A stretch of DNA of 64,000 nucleotides from an uncultured Chroococcidiopsis sp. GTDB taxonomy: Bacteria > Cyanobacteriota > Cyanobacteriia > Cyanobacteriales > Chroococcidiopsidaceae. The first letter of the stretch is position 1; each line of letters begins with the position of its first letter. The notes beneath the pieces were generated by a model. That model ran no database searches, was not told where the DNA came from, and saw nothing but the letters and a program-made list of their open reading frames with translations. The stretch is from positions 73,303-137,302 of the forward strand of contig CAXTYC010000010.1 in assembly GCA_964248365.1 (NCBI GenBank). Reading direction: 5' to 3'. The translations under genes were made by a program, and so were the position numbers. Shown here one piece after another: positions 49,995 to 60,305 of the stretch.

Positions 49995-52900
49995 TCATTT
50001 ATACAGCCAAACTCGTAGCAGTGAGAGCAGTTGCTCGGTATCAACCGGTTTAGTGATATAGTCGGAGGCTCCAGCTTCGATGCACTTTTCCCGATCGCCT
50101 TTCATTGCCTTTGCTGTGAGGGCGATCATCGGTAGAGTGTTGAACTGGCTGATTTGACGAATAGCACTCATGGTTTCGTAGCCATCCATCTCAGGCATCA
50201 TTATATCCATTAGCACAATGTCAATGTCTGGATTTTGTTGCAGTTCGGCAATGCCGTCTGTGCCGTTTTCAGCGTAGAGAACCTCCATTTGATAACGCTC
50301 CAGCATACTGGTAAGGGCGAAAATGTTTCGCACGTCGTCATCGACAATTAGGACTTTCTTACCTGCCAAGATGGGATCGTTTTGCTGCAATTGCTCCAAC
50401 ATCAGCCGTTGAGGAGCTGGTAGATTTGCTTGTACTCGATGCAGAAATAGGGCAGTTTCGTCTAGCAAGCGTTCGGGCGATCGCACATCCTTGACGATAA
50501 TTGTGTCACAGATGCGTCGCAGAAGAGTTTCTTCCTGCGGGTTCAACTCTTTTCCAGTGTAGACAATGATTGGCAAATAGCCTAGATTTGGCTCCTTTTT
50601 GATCTGCTCGATCAGCTCGAATCCATTCATGTCTGGTAGCCCCAAGTCCAGCACAATACAGTCAAATCGCTCGGACTTGAGCGCTTCCAATGCTGCTGCA
50701 CCTGTACCAACCGCAGTGCTAGCAACGTCACTATTGCCGATCAGATCGACAATACTTTGGCGTTGGATTTCGTCATCTTCTACCACAAGCAATTTCTTTA
50801 CTGGGCGTTCGACAAATCTCTTAATATCGCTCAAGGACCTGGACAGTGCTTGACTACTGATAGGTTTTTGCAAGTAGGCGATCGCGCCCTGTTGCAAACT
50901 TCGCTGTTGCCCTTCCTCAACTGTCATGATATGAATGGGAATGTGACGAGTGCTGGGGTCGTGCTTCAGGCGATCGAGTACCGTCCAGCCATCCATAACG
51001 GGCAGGCGAATATCTAACATAATCGCAGCAGGCTTGTATTCTCGTGCCATTGCTAGTCCCACATCGCCCCTGGTTGCCACTAGGGCTTTAAAGCCTTGCT
51101 CTCGTGCCATATCGAGTAAAATACGGGCAAAGTTGATGTCATCTTCGAGGATCAGTAGGATGCGATCGCCTGCTTGAATAGTCTCCCGATCATCCTCAAT
51201 TGCTTGATGAGTCAGCAAGAGTAATTCATCATCGCTCTGCTGCGAGGAGGGGCTAGGGGCTAGAGGCTGGGGGCTAGAGGCGAGAGGATTTTGGATTAAG
51301 TTTTCTCCCCAGATCCTCTGCTCCTCTGATCCTGTGGCCCTCTGCCCCTCTGCTCCCCCAGCTCCCTGCGGTAAGTAGAGGGTGAACGTGCTGCCCTTAC
51401 CTGGTTCACTAACTAAGCGAATCTCTCCACCTAATAATCGGGCAATTTCTCGGCTAATCGACAAGCCCAAACCTGTGCCGCCATACTTACGGCTGGTTGT
51501 TCCATCTGCCTGCTGGAATGCTTCAAAAATCACCTGCTGTTTGTCGGGAGCAATGCCAATGCCAGTATCGGAAACGGCGAAGGCGATCGCGCATTCTGCA
51601 CTGTTAAGGGCTTTGTGTTCCCCACTCCAGCCGCTTTGAGACGGGAACACATTCAAACTGACAATCCCTTGCTCGGTGAATTTGAAGGCGTTTGACAGCA
51701 GGTTTTTCAGCACTTGCTGGAGCCGCTTTGCATCGGTATAGATAGCGCTAGGTAGGCGATCGTCGAATTGGACATTGAAACCCACCTTTCTTTCTTCTGC
51801 TACTTGACAGAATGTTTGTTCTATGTATATACGCAAGTTAGAGAACAAAGTTTCTTCAATTTCGACTGATATCGTACCCGACTCGATTTTTGCCAAATCA
51901 AGGATATCATTGATCAGTGCTAGCAAGTCGTTTCCGGCAGAGTAGATAGTGCGGCTATACTCCACCTGCTTTTGAGTCAAGTTGCCTTCGCTGTTGTCTG
52001 ACAGCAGTCGCGCCAAAATTAGCAAACTATTAAGTGGTGTCCGCAACTCATGGGACATATTTGCCAAAAACTGAGACTTGTACTTGGATGTCGTCGCCAG
52101 TTGTTCGGCTTTTTCCTCTAAAGCTTGACGTGCTTGCTCGACTTGGTGATTTTTGCGCTCCACCTCGCGGTTTTGCAGAGCCAGTAGCTCCGTTTTCTCT
52201 TCCAACTCCTCGTTTAGCTGCTGCAACTCATCGTAGCTTTGCTGCAACTTTTGCTGTTGCTGCTTCAATAGCTCCTCGGATAGCCGTAGTGTTTCCGTCT
52301 GTTCTTCCAAACGTTGATTGCTCTCCATCAGTTCTTCTTGCTGGCTCTGTAGCTCCTCTGTTAGAGTGCGCGACTGTTTGAGCAAGTCCTCGTTTTGCTG
52401 ATATGCAATAATGTTGTTGAGTATAATGGCTATAGTTTCGCTCAGTTGATCAAGAAAGCTCAGATGAATTTCACTAAAGCATTGGAAAGAAGCAAGTTCA
52501 ATTACGGCTAATACCCGATCCTCATACAATGCAGGTAGCACTACGATGTTGATGGGGGTAGCTTCCCCAAGACCAGAACTGATCTTGATATAGTTATCTG
52601 GCACTTCCAATAGCAAAATTCGCTCTTTTTCTAAAGCGCATTGTCCCACCAGCCCTTCACCCAACCCGAAAGAGTTCGCCAAATGCTTGCGTTCGCGGTA
52701 GGCGTAAGTACCAAGTAGCTTTAGACAAGGCGGATCTTCTGTTGTCATCAGGTAAAACACGCCATGTTGAGCAGAAACTAGGGGAGCCAGTTCTCTAAGG
52801 ATGAGTTTAGAAACAATTTCCAAGTTTCTTTGTCCTTGGAGCATCTGGGTGAATTTTGCTAGGTTAGTCTTCAACCAGTCTTGCTGGGCGGTTTGCCGAG

Positions 52901-53678
52901 TTGTCTGCTGCAAGTTGGCAATCATTTGGTTAAATGTCTGTGCCAACACGCCAATCTCGTCTCGGCGAGAGTCAATAGCTACACTCGTATTTAAATCTCC
53001 TGCGGCAATTTTCTCTGCGACGCTAGAGACTTTTTGAAGCGGTTTAGAAATGTTGCGATTCAGGACAAAGCTGATTAATGTCAGGAGAACAAAATATAGT
53101 GGAATGCCAAACCCAATGCTGTAAGTCATCTGCTGGGCAGCCTTACTAGCTGCCGCAGAGCGTGCTTCCAACAATCTCCGTTCCTCATTCTTCATCTGCG
53201 CAATCTCACGCTGGATGGCATCCATCAGGTTTTTGCCCAGATCCAATACAACAGCCTGTGTTGCACTTTCAACTCCTCTAGTCCGGCGAATATCGATTAC
53301 CTGCTTTAGCCTTGCTATTCTCTGCTTGATTAGAGACTCTACAATGTCAAGCCGTTGCTGTTGAGTAGGGTTATCTCTAGTCAGCTGGCGTAGTTCAGTA
53401 ATTTTCTGCTCAACTAGGGCAGTCACTGTCTCATAAGGTTTCAAATACTGTTCATTTCCAGTAATCAGGTATCCCCGTTGCCCATTCTCAGCATCTTTGA
53501 GCGTAGACAGCAGGTTTTCAAGTTCTGCAAGCACCTGGTAGGTGTGAGTTTCCCAGCGAGAAGTTTCTACGGTTTGAGTCGCGTTGCGGTAAACAACCAG
53601 ACCAATCGTAGTAAAAATTGCCAAGCTAAGCGCAAAACTTGCGCCAATCTTTGTACCAATCCTCAACTTATTCAACAT
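49995..53678 (-). CDS. Membrane hybrid sensor kinase CHASE3-HAMP-GAF-coiled coil-HisKA-HATPase-3xREC
   Basis: DAENGQRGYLITG (CHASE3), FLANMSHELRTPL, GGTGLGL, three receiver domains. Confidence 0.92.
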   Translation of the reverse strand: MLNKLRIGTKIGASFALSLAIFTTIGLVVYRNATQTVETSRWETHTYQVLAELENLLSTLKDAENGQRGYLITGNEQYLKPYETVTALVEQKITELRQLTRDNPTQQQRLDIVESLIKQRIARLKQVIDIRRTRGVESATQAVVLDLGKNLMDAIQREIAQMKNEERRLLEARSAAASKAAQQMTYSIGFGIPLYFVLLTLISFVLNRNISKPLQKVSSVAEKIAAGDLNTSVAIDSRRDEIGVLAQTFNQMIANLQQTTRQTAQQDWLKTNLAKFTQMLQGQRNLEIVSKLILRELAPLVSAQHGVFYLMTTEDPPCLKLLGTYAYRERKHLANSFGLGEGLVGQCALEKERILLLEVPDNYIKISSGLGEATPINIVVLPALYEDRVLAVIELASFQCFSEIHLSFLDQLSETIAIILNNIIAYQQNEDLLKQSRTLTEELQSQQEELMESNQRLEEQTETLRLSEELLKQQQQKLQQSYDELQQLNEELEEKTELLALQNREVERKNHQVEQARQALEEKAEQLATTSKYKSQFLANMSHELRTPLNSLLILARLLSDNSEGNLTQKQVEYSRTIYSAGNDLLALINDILDLAKIESGTISVEIEETLFSNLRIYIEQTFCQVAEERKVGFNVQFDDRLPSAIYTDAKRLQQVLKNLLSNAFKFTEQGIVSLNVFPSQSGWSGEHKALNSAECAIAFAVSDTGIGIAPDKQQVIFEAFQQADGTTSRKYGGTGLGLSISREIARLLGGEIRLVSEPGKGSTFTLYLPQGAGGAEGQRATGSEEQRIWGENLIQNPLASSPQPLAPSPSSQQSDDELLLLTHQAIEDDRETIQAGDRILLILEDDINFARILLDMAREQGFKALVATRGDVGLAMAREYKPAAIMLDIRLPVMDGWTVLDRLKHDPSTRHIPIHIMTVEEGQQRSLQQGAIAYLQKPISSQALSRSLSDIKRFVERPVKKLLVVEDDEIQRQSIVDLIGNSDVASTAVGTGAAALEALKSERFDCIVLDLGLPDMNGFELIEQIKKEPNLGYLPIIVYTGKELNPQEETLLRRICDTIIVKDVRSPERLLDETALFLHRVQANLPAPQRLMLEQLQQNDPILAGKKVLIVDDDVRNIFALTSMLERYQMEVLYAENGTDGIAELQQNPDIDIVLMDIMMPEMDGYETMSAIRQISQFNTLPMIALTAKAMKGDREKCIEAGASDYITKPVDTEQLLSLLRVWLYK

Positions 53679-54106
53679 TATTATTTGGCATCTACTATAG
53701 CTCTATCTATACCGAATAAGTTTGTCAGCTTGGTATAGATCCTAATTATGACAATTTTGGCTCGATAGAACCCTGCCTCAGTTGCTAAAAGCTGCTAATG
53801 GTAGGTTTTATTATTATTGTTAGTTTTTTGCATAGTTTGATTCTTGAGGGAGTATTCCTAGTATCTCCCAGTTTTATTTTCACTTAGTCCACTGTCTTTC
53901 ATGAGGAAAATGTGCCATCTACTATCTTTTATTAAGATTTGATTTAAAATTGTCAAGTTAACTTAAAGATTACTAACTGGCAATTTACAGTAAATTAATT
54001 TTTAATTTTTCAAATTTTTACTCTTTTTCAGTAATCTCTCCAATTTCAAACCCTCAATAAATAACTAAACTTTAAGTTATCTTCTCATACATTTTATGGA
54101 TTATTA

Positions 54107-54184
54107 GTAGGGTGGGCACCCACCATTATCATATTTGATGCGCTAGATCATCTACTGTTCACGAATGTTTTAGGATTGCTATAG
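54107..54184 (+). repeat. ~80-bp dispersed repeat, copy 3
   Basis: gtagggtgggc...caccattatc...catctactgttcacgaatgttttaggattgctatag; matches copies 1 and 2. Confidence 0.8.
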
Positions 54185-54318
54185 GTAAAAATGATTTTTC
54201 AAAAACAACTTGAAGAAGTAACAGCAGCTACTATAATTAGCTTGATAATATTTGTATTGGTATTGTTTTCAACTTGTATTTGACTTTTTTTAACAGGTAG
54301 GTAGGCAATACCCACCTA

Positions 54319-54966
54319 CTATTCATTGCTCAAATATACAATTTTATCTCTTACCCATGCTCGAAATGATTTGAGCAAGGCAATTTCCCCTAGTATTTTA
54401 CTCTGTTCAACAAATCTATTTATGTCAGGCGGGGATACGAGGGGAAAGGCAAGGCTAGACTCGCACTCAACATATTGTCCTTCTACCAATTGATAAAATT
54501 TTAAATCTCGTCCGTTATATCTCCAAAGTTCGGGAACTCCCAAGGCTGAATAAATACCAAATTTGTTAACAGAACTGTTAGTAATATCAATCTCAATCGC
54601 TAAGTCAGGCGGCAAATTTGTTTCTAAATCTAATTCTTGCCTACCTCTAACTGCAAGTTCATTTTGAATATAGTAACAATTATCAGGTTCTATTCCTCGC
54701 TTTACTATTGTGCGCTTTAATGTCGTAGAACCAGCACTTTTAATTTCAATTTCAAGTTCTTCTGCTAAAGCAAAGATCAAACGATCAAACTGAATTTTGG
54801 GATTTTCATGTTCAAACAGTGGAGTCATAATTTCCAGAGTGCCACAGTCATAAGCGAATCTAGAACCTCTGTGTTCACCTGTTTCTTTGAGCAGAGTTTC
54901 AAAGGTTTCCCAGCTGATGTTCTGTAGCACAGTTCTTTGTTCTGCAAGATTTGAGGTAGCAATCAT
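54319..54966 (-). CDS. Uma2-family (DUF820) putative restriction-endonuclease-fold protein
   Basis: ISWETFE, LEIMTP...HE, IEPDNCYY, PPDLAIEID, LGVPELWRY. Confidence 0.9.
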   Translation of the reverse strand: MIATSNLAEQRTVLQNISWETFETLLKETGEHRGSRFAYDCGTLEIMTPLFEHENPKIQFDRLIFALAEELEIEIKSAGSTTLKRTIVKRGIEPDNCYYIQNELAVRGRQELDLETNLPPDLAIEIDITNSSVNKFGIYSALGVPELWRYNGRDLKFYQLVEGQYVECESSLAFPLVSPPDINRFVEQSKILGEIALLKSFRAWVRDKIVYLSNE

Positions 54967-55090
54967 ATCAAAGTAAGTAGGTGGTTAAAAATCATAATAA
55001 TAAAACCTCAAACTTTGCTGATTAAGGAGGGAATTAAAGGGGGATTATAATGGTGAGATTTTAATATTATTTATGTCTATAACAAAGTAA

Positions 55091-55140
55091 TTTGGTGGGC
55101 ATTGCCCACCCTACTTGCTAATTTGGTGGGCATGGGTGAC
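55091..55140. repeat. REP-like palindromic repeat (ggtgggcattgcccaccctac) plus a partial second copy
   Basis: Exact palindrome-family sequence between the Uma2 gene and sufS; a degenerate copy lies at 54297-54319. Confidence 0.75.
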
Positions 55141-55145
55141 ATACC

Positions 55146-56405
55146 TTAACTGAAAATGCTACCAAAAAAGTCAACAGCTTCCTTTAATGTTGCGATGAAT
55201 ACATCAATTTCTGCACGGGTATTGTAGAAAGATAGACTTGCCCGTGCAGTTGACTGGGCTGCTAAATGACGGTGTAATGGTTGGGTACAATGATGCCCAG
55301 CACGAATGGCAACCCCAGCTTGATCCAAAATAGTAGACAAGTCATGAGGGTGAACATCGCCAGCAGTGAATGCAGCTAGTGCAGCTCTGCCAAAACCTGC
55401 TATTTTTGGTTTAGGACCATAGGTGCGAATTTCGGGAATCTTTTCTAGTTGCTCGAATAGATATTGGGTCAATTCTGCTTCATAGGCATAGATTTTGTCC
55501 ATACCTATCCCACTAAGATAGTCTACGGCTGCACCAAGAGCGATCGCTTCCGCAATAGCTGGCGTACCCGCTTCAAATTTGTGTGGCAAATCAGCATAGG
55601 TGGCATGATCCAGATATACATCTGCAATCATTTCACCACCACCCAAAAACGGCGGCATCGATCGCAACACATCCAACTTGCCATACAAAAAGCCTATACC
55701 TGTAGGACCACACATTTTGTGTCCAGAGGCAACTAACCAATCACAGTCCATCTTCTGTACATTGATGGGCATATGTGGTACACTTTGGCAAGCGTCGATT
55801 AAGACTTTCGCACCGTGTTGGTGGGCGATCGCAATAATCTCTTGCACTGGGTTAATACACCCCAAGGTGTTGGAGACGTGTACAATGCTAACTAGTTTGG
55901 TTTTGTCTGAAATCAGATATTTGAATTGTTCTAAATCGAATTCTTCCTCTGGTGTCAGTTCAACAAACTTCAACACCGCACCTGTTCTTTGTGCCAATAG
56001 TTGCCAAGGAATCAGGTTGCTGTGATGTTCCATTACTGAGAGAATAATCTCATCCCCTCGCTGCAAATTCTTTGTACCCCAGCTGTAGGCGACTAGGTTA
56101 ATCGCCTCAGACGCATTGCGGGTGAAGACGATTTCTTGTCTGGAAGTTGCGTTTACGAAGGCAGCAACTTTGTCTCGTGCGGCTTCATAAGCGTCTGTAG
56201 CTTTGGCGCTGAGCGTATGCACACCACGATGCACGTTGGAATTATACTGCTGGTAGTAGTCCCGTATGCTGTTGATAACGAGCAGGGGTTTTTGAGAGGT
56301 GGCGGCGTTGTCTAGGTAAACTAGGGGTTTGCCGTTGACTTCTTGGTGAAGAATTGGGAAGTCGGCACGGATTTGATCGGCTAGGGTTTTTTCTTGGGTG
56401 ATCAT
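55146..56405 (-). CDS. sufS: SufS cysteine desulfurase
   Basis: [25 protein letters not shown]. Confidence 0.96.
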   Translation of the reverse strand: MITQEKTLADQIRADFPILHQEVNGKPLVYLDNAATSQKPLLVINSIRDYYQQYNSNVHRGVHTLSAKATDAYEAARDKVAAFVNATSRQEIVFTRNASEAINLVAYSWGTKNLQRGDEIILSVMEHHSNLIPWQLLAQRTGAVLKFVELTPEEEFDLEQFKYLISDKTKLVSIVHVSNTLGCINPVQEIIAIAHQHGAKVLIDACQSVPHMPINVQKMDCDWLVASGHKMCGPTGIGFLYGKLDVLRSMPPFLGGGEMIADVYLDHATYADLPHKFEAGTPAIAEAIALGAAVDYLSGIGMDKIYAYEAELTQYLFEQLEKIPEIRTYGPKPKIAGFGRAALAAFTAGDVHPHDLSTILDQAGVAIRAGHHCTQPLHRHLAAQSTARASLSFYNTRAEIDVFIATLKEAVDFFGSIFS

Positions 56406-56424
56406 GGTAGGAACAGGGGGGAAT

Positions 56425-56460
56425 TTAACGAACCGCAGAGGCGCAGAGGGCGCAGAGGGA
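56425..56460 (+). repeat. Short dispersed repeat aacgaaccgcagaggcgcagag(ggcgcagag)
   Basis: Inverted near-identical copy at 58629-58664. Confidence 0.85.
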
Positions 56461-56464
56461 GTTT

Positions 56465-57829
56465 TTAGTTTGAGGTTTGGCGGTTGATGGTTTTGGTGAG
56501 GGTTTTTTGGAGGGAGGGGAGTGGGATGGTGTTGATGATTTCGGCGGCGAAGGCGTTGACTAGCAAGTTTTGGGCAACCAGAGGATTAATGCCGCGACTT
56601 TGTAGGTAAAAGAGTGCTTCGTCTTCTAGCTGGCTTACTGTTGCGCCGTGTGTACATTTGACGTTATCTGCTATGATTTCTAATTGGGGTTTGGTGTCTA
56701 CACGGGCTTTGGGTGAGAGTAGTAAGTTGCGGTTAAGTTGTCCTGCGTCTGTTAGTTGGGCTGCTTTGGCGACAAATACTCTACCATTGAATACTGTGTG
56801 CGCTCTGTCAGCCGCGATACATTTATGTAGTTGGCGAGTTGTGCTATGGGGATGATTGAGAACGATCGCACTGTGAGTATCTGCTAGTTGGCGATCGCCA
56901 ATCGTCGTTAAACCATTGAGGGTTGTTTCTGTTTGCTCACCTGACTGGTAAATCTCTAGGTTGTGTCGTGACAGTTTCGCCCCTAGTGTAATGGCGTTGC
57001 AGGTATAGCGGCTATCACGCGCTTGGGTAATTGCAGTTTTACCAATGTGAAATGCTTCTTGACTTTCGCGCTCAATTCTAGTATGATTTATAGATGCATT
57101 TTCTGCGACCCAGATTTCCGTAACGGCATTGGTGAAGTAAACCGCCTCTTTTTGTTGATTTGTCTGATTCAAATAATCTTCAATCAAGGTTACACTACTA
57201 CCAGTTTCTGCCACTACCAAACAGCGTGGTTGGGATATAGTAGGTGTTTCGCCCCCTGTGGAGATAAATAGGAGATGAATTGGTGTTTCTACCACCAAAT
57301 TCTTAGTCACCCATACCACAGCCACATCTGTCAATCCGGCTGTGTTGAGGGCGGTAAATACTTCGTGCGATCCTTCAGCTTGAGCTAAGTAATTTTGTAC
57401 CTTAGAGCGGTGGGCTAAAGCCAAATTAGCCAGGTTAGTAACTACCAATCCTTCTGGCAATTGGGCTGCTGATAGTTCGGGTGCATATACCCCATTCACA
57501 AATACCAACCGACTGTTAGCAGCTTCGGGTAGGGTTAGAGGCGTGATATCTGGTAAAGACTGATGAAACGTCTCTACATTATTGAATTTAATTTGTCGTA
57601 GCGATGATAAATCGGTAAAGCGCCATTCCTCATCCCGTGTGGTGGGGAGAGCGGATAGATGTACAATAGCAGCAGCGCGATCGCGTAATTCTTGTAACCA
57701 CGCGACAGTTTCCTGTTCAATTACTTGTATACTCTGCCCGTGAGACTGATTTAACAACTGTGTCAAATATTCATCTCTATCTGACACATCAGTCAAACTA
57801 GAAATTGTACTAGGAAGAATATTCATCAC
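56465..57829 (-). CDS. sufD: Fe-S cluster assembly protein SufD
   Basis: [31 protein letters not shown]. Confidence 0.95.
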   Translation of the reverse strand: MMNILPSTISSLTDVSDRDEYLTQLLNQSHGQSIQVIEQETVAWLQELRDRAAAIVHLSALPTTRDEEWRFTDLSSLRQIKFNNVETFHQSLPDITPLTLPEAANSRLVFVNGVYAPELSAAQLPEGLVVTNLANLALAHRSKVQNYLAQAEGSHEVFTALNTAGLTDVAVVWVTKNLVVETPIHLLFISTGGETPTISQPRCLVVAETGSSVTLIEDYLNQTNQQKEAVYFTNAVTEIWVAENASINHTRIERESQEAFHIGKTAITQARDSRYTCNAITLGAKLSRHNLEIYQSGEQTETTLNGLTTIGDRQLADTHSAIVLNHPHSTTRQLHKCIAADRAHTVFNGRVFVAKAAQLTDAGQLNRNLLLSPKARVDTKPQLEIIADNVKCTHGATVSQLEDEALFYLQSRGINPLVAQNLLVNAFAAEIINTIPLPSLQKTLTKTINRQTSN

Positions 57830-58614
57830 GCTCCTACCCCAGTTCCAGCTTGTTCTAACACCCAGTCATAGCCACGAGACTCTAATTCGTGTGCCAATTC
57901 CTTACCACCACTGCGGATAACTCGTCCATTCGCCATCACATGAACAAAATCAGGCACAATATAATTGAGTAACCGCTGGTAGTGAGTAATCAAAATCGTC
58001 GCATTCTCAGGGCTAGCCAATTGATTCACACCATTAGCAACAATCTTCAGCGCATCAATATCCAACCCTGAATCTGTCTCATCCAAAATTGCTACCTTTG
58101 GTTTCAACAGAGCCATTTGCAGAATTTCATTCCGCTTCTTCTCGCCACCGGAAAAACCTTCATTTACACTCCGACTCAGGAAAGCAGGATTCATCTTCAC
58201 CACATCTAACTTTTCCTGCACCAACTCATCAAAATCAAAAGCATCCAACTCCTCTAAACCCTGCTGCTTGCGACGGGAATTGTAAGCCACCCGCAAAAAA
58301 TCCAAATTACTCACACCAGGAATTTCCAACGGATACTGAAACGCTAGAAATATGCCAGATATAGCCCGTTCCTCCGGTTCCATTTCCAGCAGATTCTCAC
58401 CTTGGAAAATCACCTCACCGCCAGTCACCTCATAAGCAGGATGCCCAGCCAACACCTTAGAAAAAGTACTCTTACCAGAACCATTTGGTCCCATAATCGC
58501 ATGAATTTCCCCAGAGCGAACCTCCAGATTCACCCCCTTCAAAATCGGAGTTCCATCAACCTCAGCCGTCAGATCCCGCACCGACAGCACAACATCACTA
58601 TTCTCAACAATCAT
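57826..58614 (-). CDS. sufC: Fe-S cluster assembly ATPase SufC
   Basis: [26 protein letters not shown]. Confidence 0.96.
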   Translation of the reverse strand: MIVENSDVVLSVRDLTAEVDGTPILKGVNLEVRSGEIHAIMGPNGSGKSTFSKVLAGHPAYEVTGGEVIFQGENLLEMEPEERAISGIFLAFQYPLEIPGVSNLDFLRVAYNSRRKQQGLEELDAFDFDELVQEKLDVVKMNPAFLSRSVNEGFSGGEKKRNEILQMALLKPKVAILDETDSGLDIDALKIVANGVNQLASPENATILITHYQRLLNYIVPDFVHVMANGRVIRSGGKELAHELESRGYDWVLEQAGTGVGA

Positions 58615-58628
58615 CTCTCTTCTTCTCT

Positions 58629-58664
58629 TCCTCTGCGTTCTCTGCGCCTCTGCGGTTCGTTTAA
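58629..58664 (-). repeat. Short dispersed repeat, inverted copy of 56425-56460
   Basis: Reverse complement ttaaacgaaccgcagaggcgcagagaacgcagagga. Confidence 0.85.
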
Positions 58665-58679
58665 CAAGGTGGGCATTAC

Positions 58680-60116
58680 TTAACCCACACTACCTTCCAA
58701 CTTCAGGCTCAACAACCTATCCGCTTCCACAGCAAACTCCATCGGTAGCTGATTAAACACATCCTTACAAAAACCACTAATCATCATCGAAATCGCATCT
58801 TCTGCCGAAATACCACGCTGGGCGAAATAAAATAGCTGATCCTCCCCAATCTTGGAAGTAGAAGCTTCATGCTCAATCTTTGCCGTGTTATTCTGCACCT
58901 GGATATATGGGAAAGTATTCGCACGAGCATTATCCCCAATCAGCATCGAATCACACTGAGAATAATTCCGCGCCCCTTCTGCCTTGGGATTAACTTTCAC
59001 CAAACCTCGGTAGCTGTTTGCCGATCGCCCTGCCGAAATTCCTTTAGATATAATCGTGCTGCGGGTATTCTTCCCAACGTGAACCATCTTGGTTCCCGTG
59101 TCGGCTTGCTGCATATTATTTGTCAGCGCCACCGAGTAAAACTCACCAACCGAGTTATCACCCACCAGCACACAGCTTGGATATTTCCAGGTAATTGCCG
59201 AACCTGTTTCTACCTGTGTCCAAGAAATCTTAGAATTAACTCCTTGACACAAACCGCGCTTGGTGACGAAGTTGTATATCCCACCTTTACCGTTTTCATC
59301 TCCAGCGTACCAATTCTGCACGGTAGAGTATTTAATCTCAGCATTGTCGAGGGCGATGAGTTCGACTACAGCCGCGTGTAGCTGATTGGTATCGTACATC
59401 GGTGCGGTGCAGCCTTCCAGGTAGGAAACCGAACTACCTTCATCAGCCACAATTAGTGTGCGCTCGAACTGTCCTGTATCTCCGCTATTAATACGAAAAT
59501 AGGTAGATAGTTCCATTGGGCATTTTGTGCCTTTGGGAATATAGACAAACGAGCCATCGCTGAAAACAGCCGCGTTAAGAGCAGCAAAGTAGTTATCTGC
59601 TACGGGTACAACGCTACCCAGATACTTCTGTACTAATTCTGGATATTCCCGCACAGCTTCGGAAATTGAGCAAAAGATCACTCCATCTTTGGCTAGCTTT
59701 TCCTTAAAGGTGGTTGCGACAGAGACGCTATCAAATATCGCATCTACCGCCACGTTAGAAAGCCGCTTTTGTTCGGATAGGGGAATGCCCAGCTTGTCAA
59801 ACGTTTCTAGCAGTTCTGGATCAACTTCTTCTAAACTATTCAGCTTTGCCTTTTGTTTTGGTGCTGAGTAGTAGATAATGTCTTGATAATTGATGGCAGG
59901 ATATTTTACACTATGCCAAGTCGGTTCTGTCATCTTTAGCCACTGGCGGTAGGCTTTGAGGCGGAATTCCAGCATGAATTCTGGCTCGTTCTTCTTGGCA
60001 GAGATCAAGCGGATGACATCCTCACTCAGTCCACGCTCAATTGTGTCTGCCTCAATGTTGGTGACAAAGCCGTACTTGTATGGCTGATTGACTAAGGTAT
60101 TGACAGTTGCACTCAT
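58680..60116 (-). CDS. sufB: Fe-S cluster assembly protein SufB
   Basis: [30 protein letters not shown] at 60116 (MSATVN). Confidence 0.96.
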   Translation of the reverse strand: MSATVNTLVNQPYKYGFVTNIEADTIERGLSEDVIRLISAKKNEPEFMLEFRLKAYRQWLKMTEPTWHSVKYPAINYQDIIYYSAPKQKAKLNSLEEVDPELLETFDKLGIPLSEQKRLSNVAVDAIFDSVSVATTFKEKLAKDGVIFCSISEAVREYPELVQKYLGSVVPVADNYFAALNAAVFSDGSFVYIPKGTKCPMELSTYFRINSGDTGQFERTLIVADEGSSVSYLEGCTAPMYDTNQLHAAVVELIALDNAEIKYSTVQNWYAGDENGKGGIYNFVTKRGLCQGVNSKISWTQVETGSAITWKYPSCVLVGDNSVGEFYSVALTNNMQQADTGTKMVHVGKNTRSTIISKGISAGRSANSYRGLVKVNPKAEGARNYSQCDSMLIGDNARANTFPYIQVQNNTAKIEHEASTSKIGEDQLFYFAQRGISAEDAISMMISGFCKDVFNQLPMEFAVEADRLLSLKLEGSVG

Positions 60117-60203
60117 TGGTAGTGTTCTCTTGTGTTCTAGGACTCTCTTTAAGGAGGAGGGCGGTGGCACGGGTTGTTCTACGTCTGTTACAATAAAGAC
60201 GAC

Positions 60204-60227
60204 TTAAACAACCAACTTGTTGTTTAA
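60204..60227. promoter_or_regulatory. SufR operator 1 (CAAC-N6-GTTG)
   Basis: ttaaaCAAC-caactt-GTTGtttaa, a perfect 9-bp IR between divergent sufB and sufR. Confidence 0.85.
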
Positions 60228-60250
60228 CATATCTCCATTTTAAGCTACAT

Positions 60251-60270
60251 TAACAACAGGTATGTTGTCA
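60251..60270. promoter_or_regulatory. SufR operator 2 (CAAC-N6-GTTG)
   Basis: taaCAAC-aggtat-GTTGtca. Confidence 0.8.
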
Positions 60271-60305
60271 AAGTCAAATTTTCAGCAGAAATATTTGGAA
60301 TCAAA

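Noticed and set aside
54319..54966. Uma2 protein as an Argonaute-associated nuclease
   Set aside because: 6.5 kb away, separated by the suf operon, and Uma2 genes are highly multicopy in cyanobacteria.
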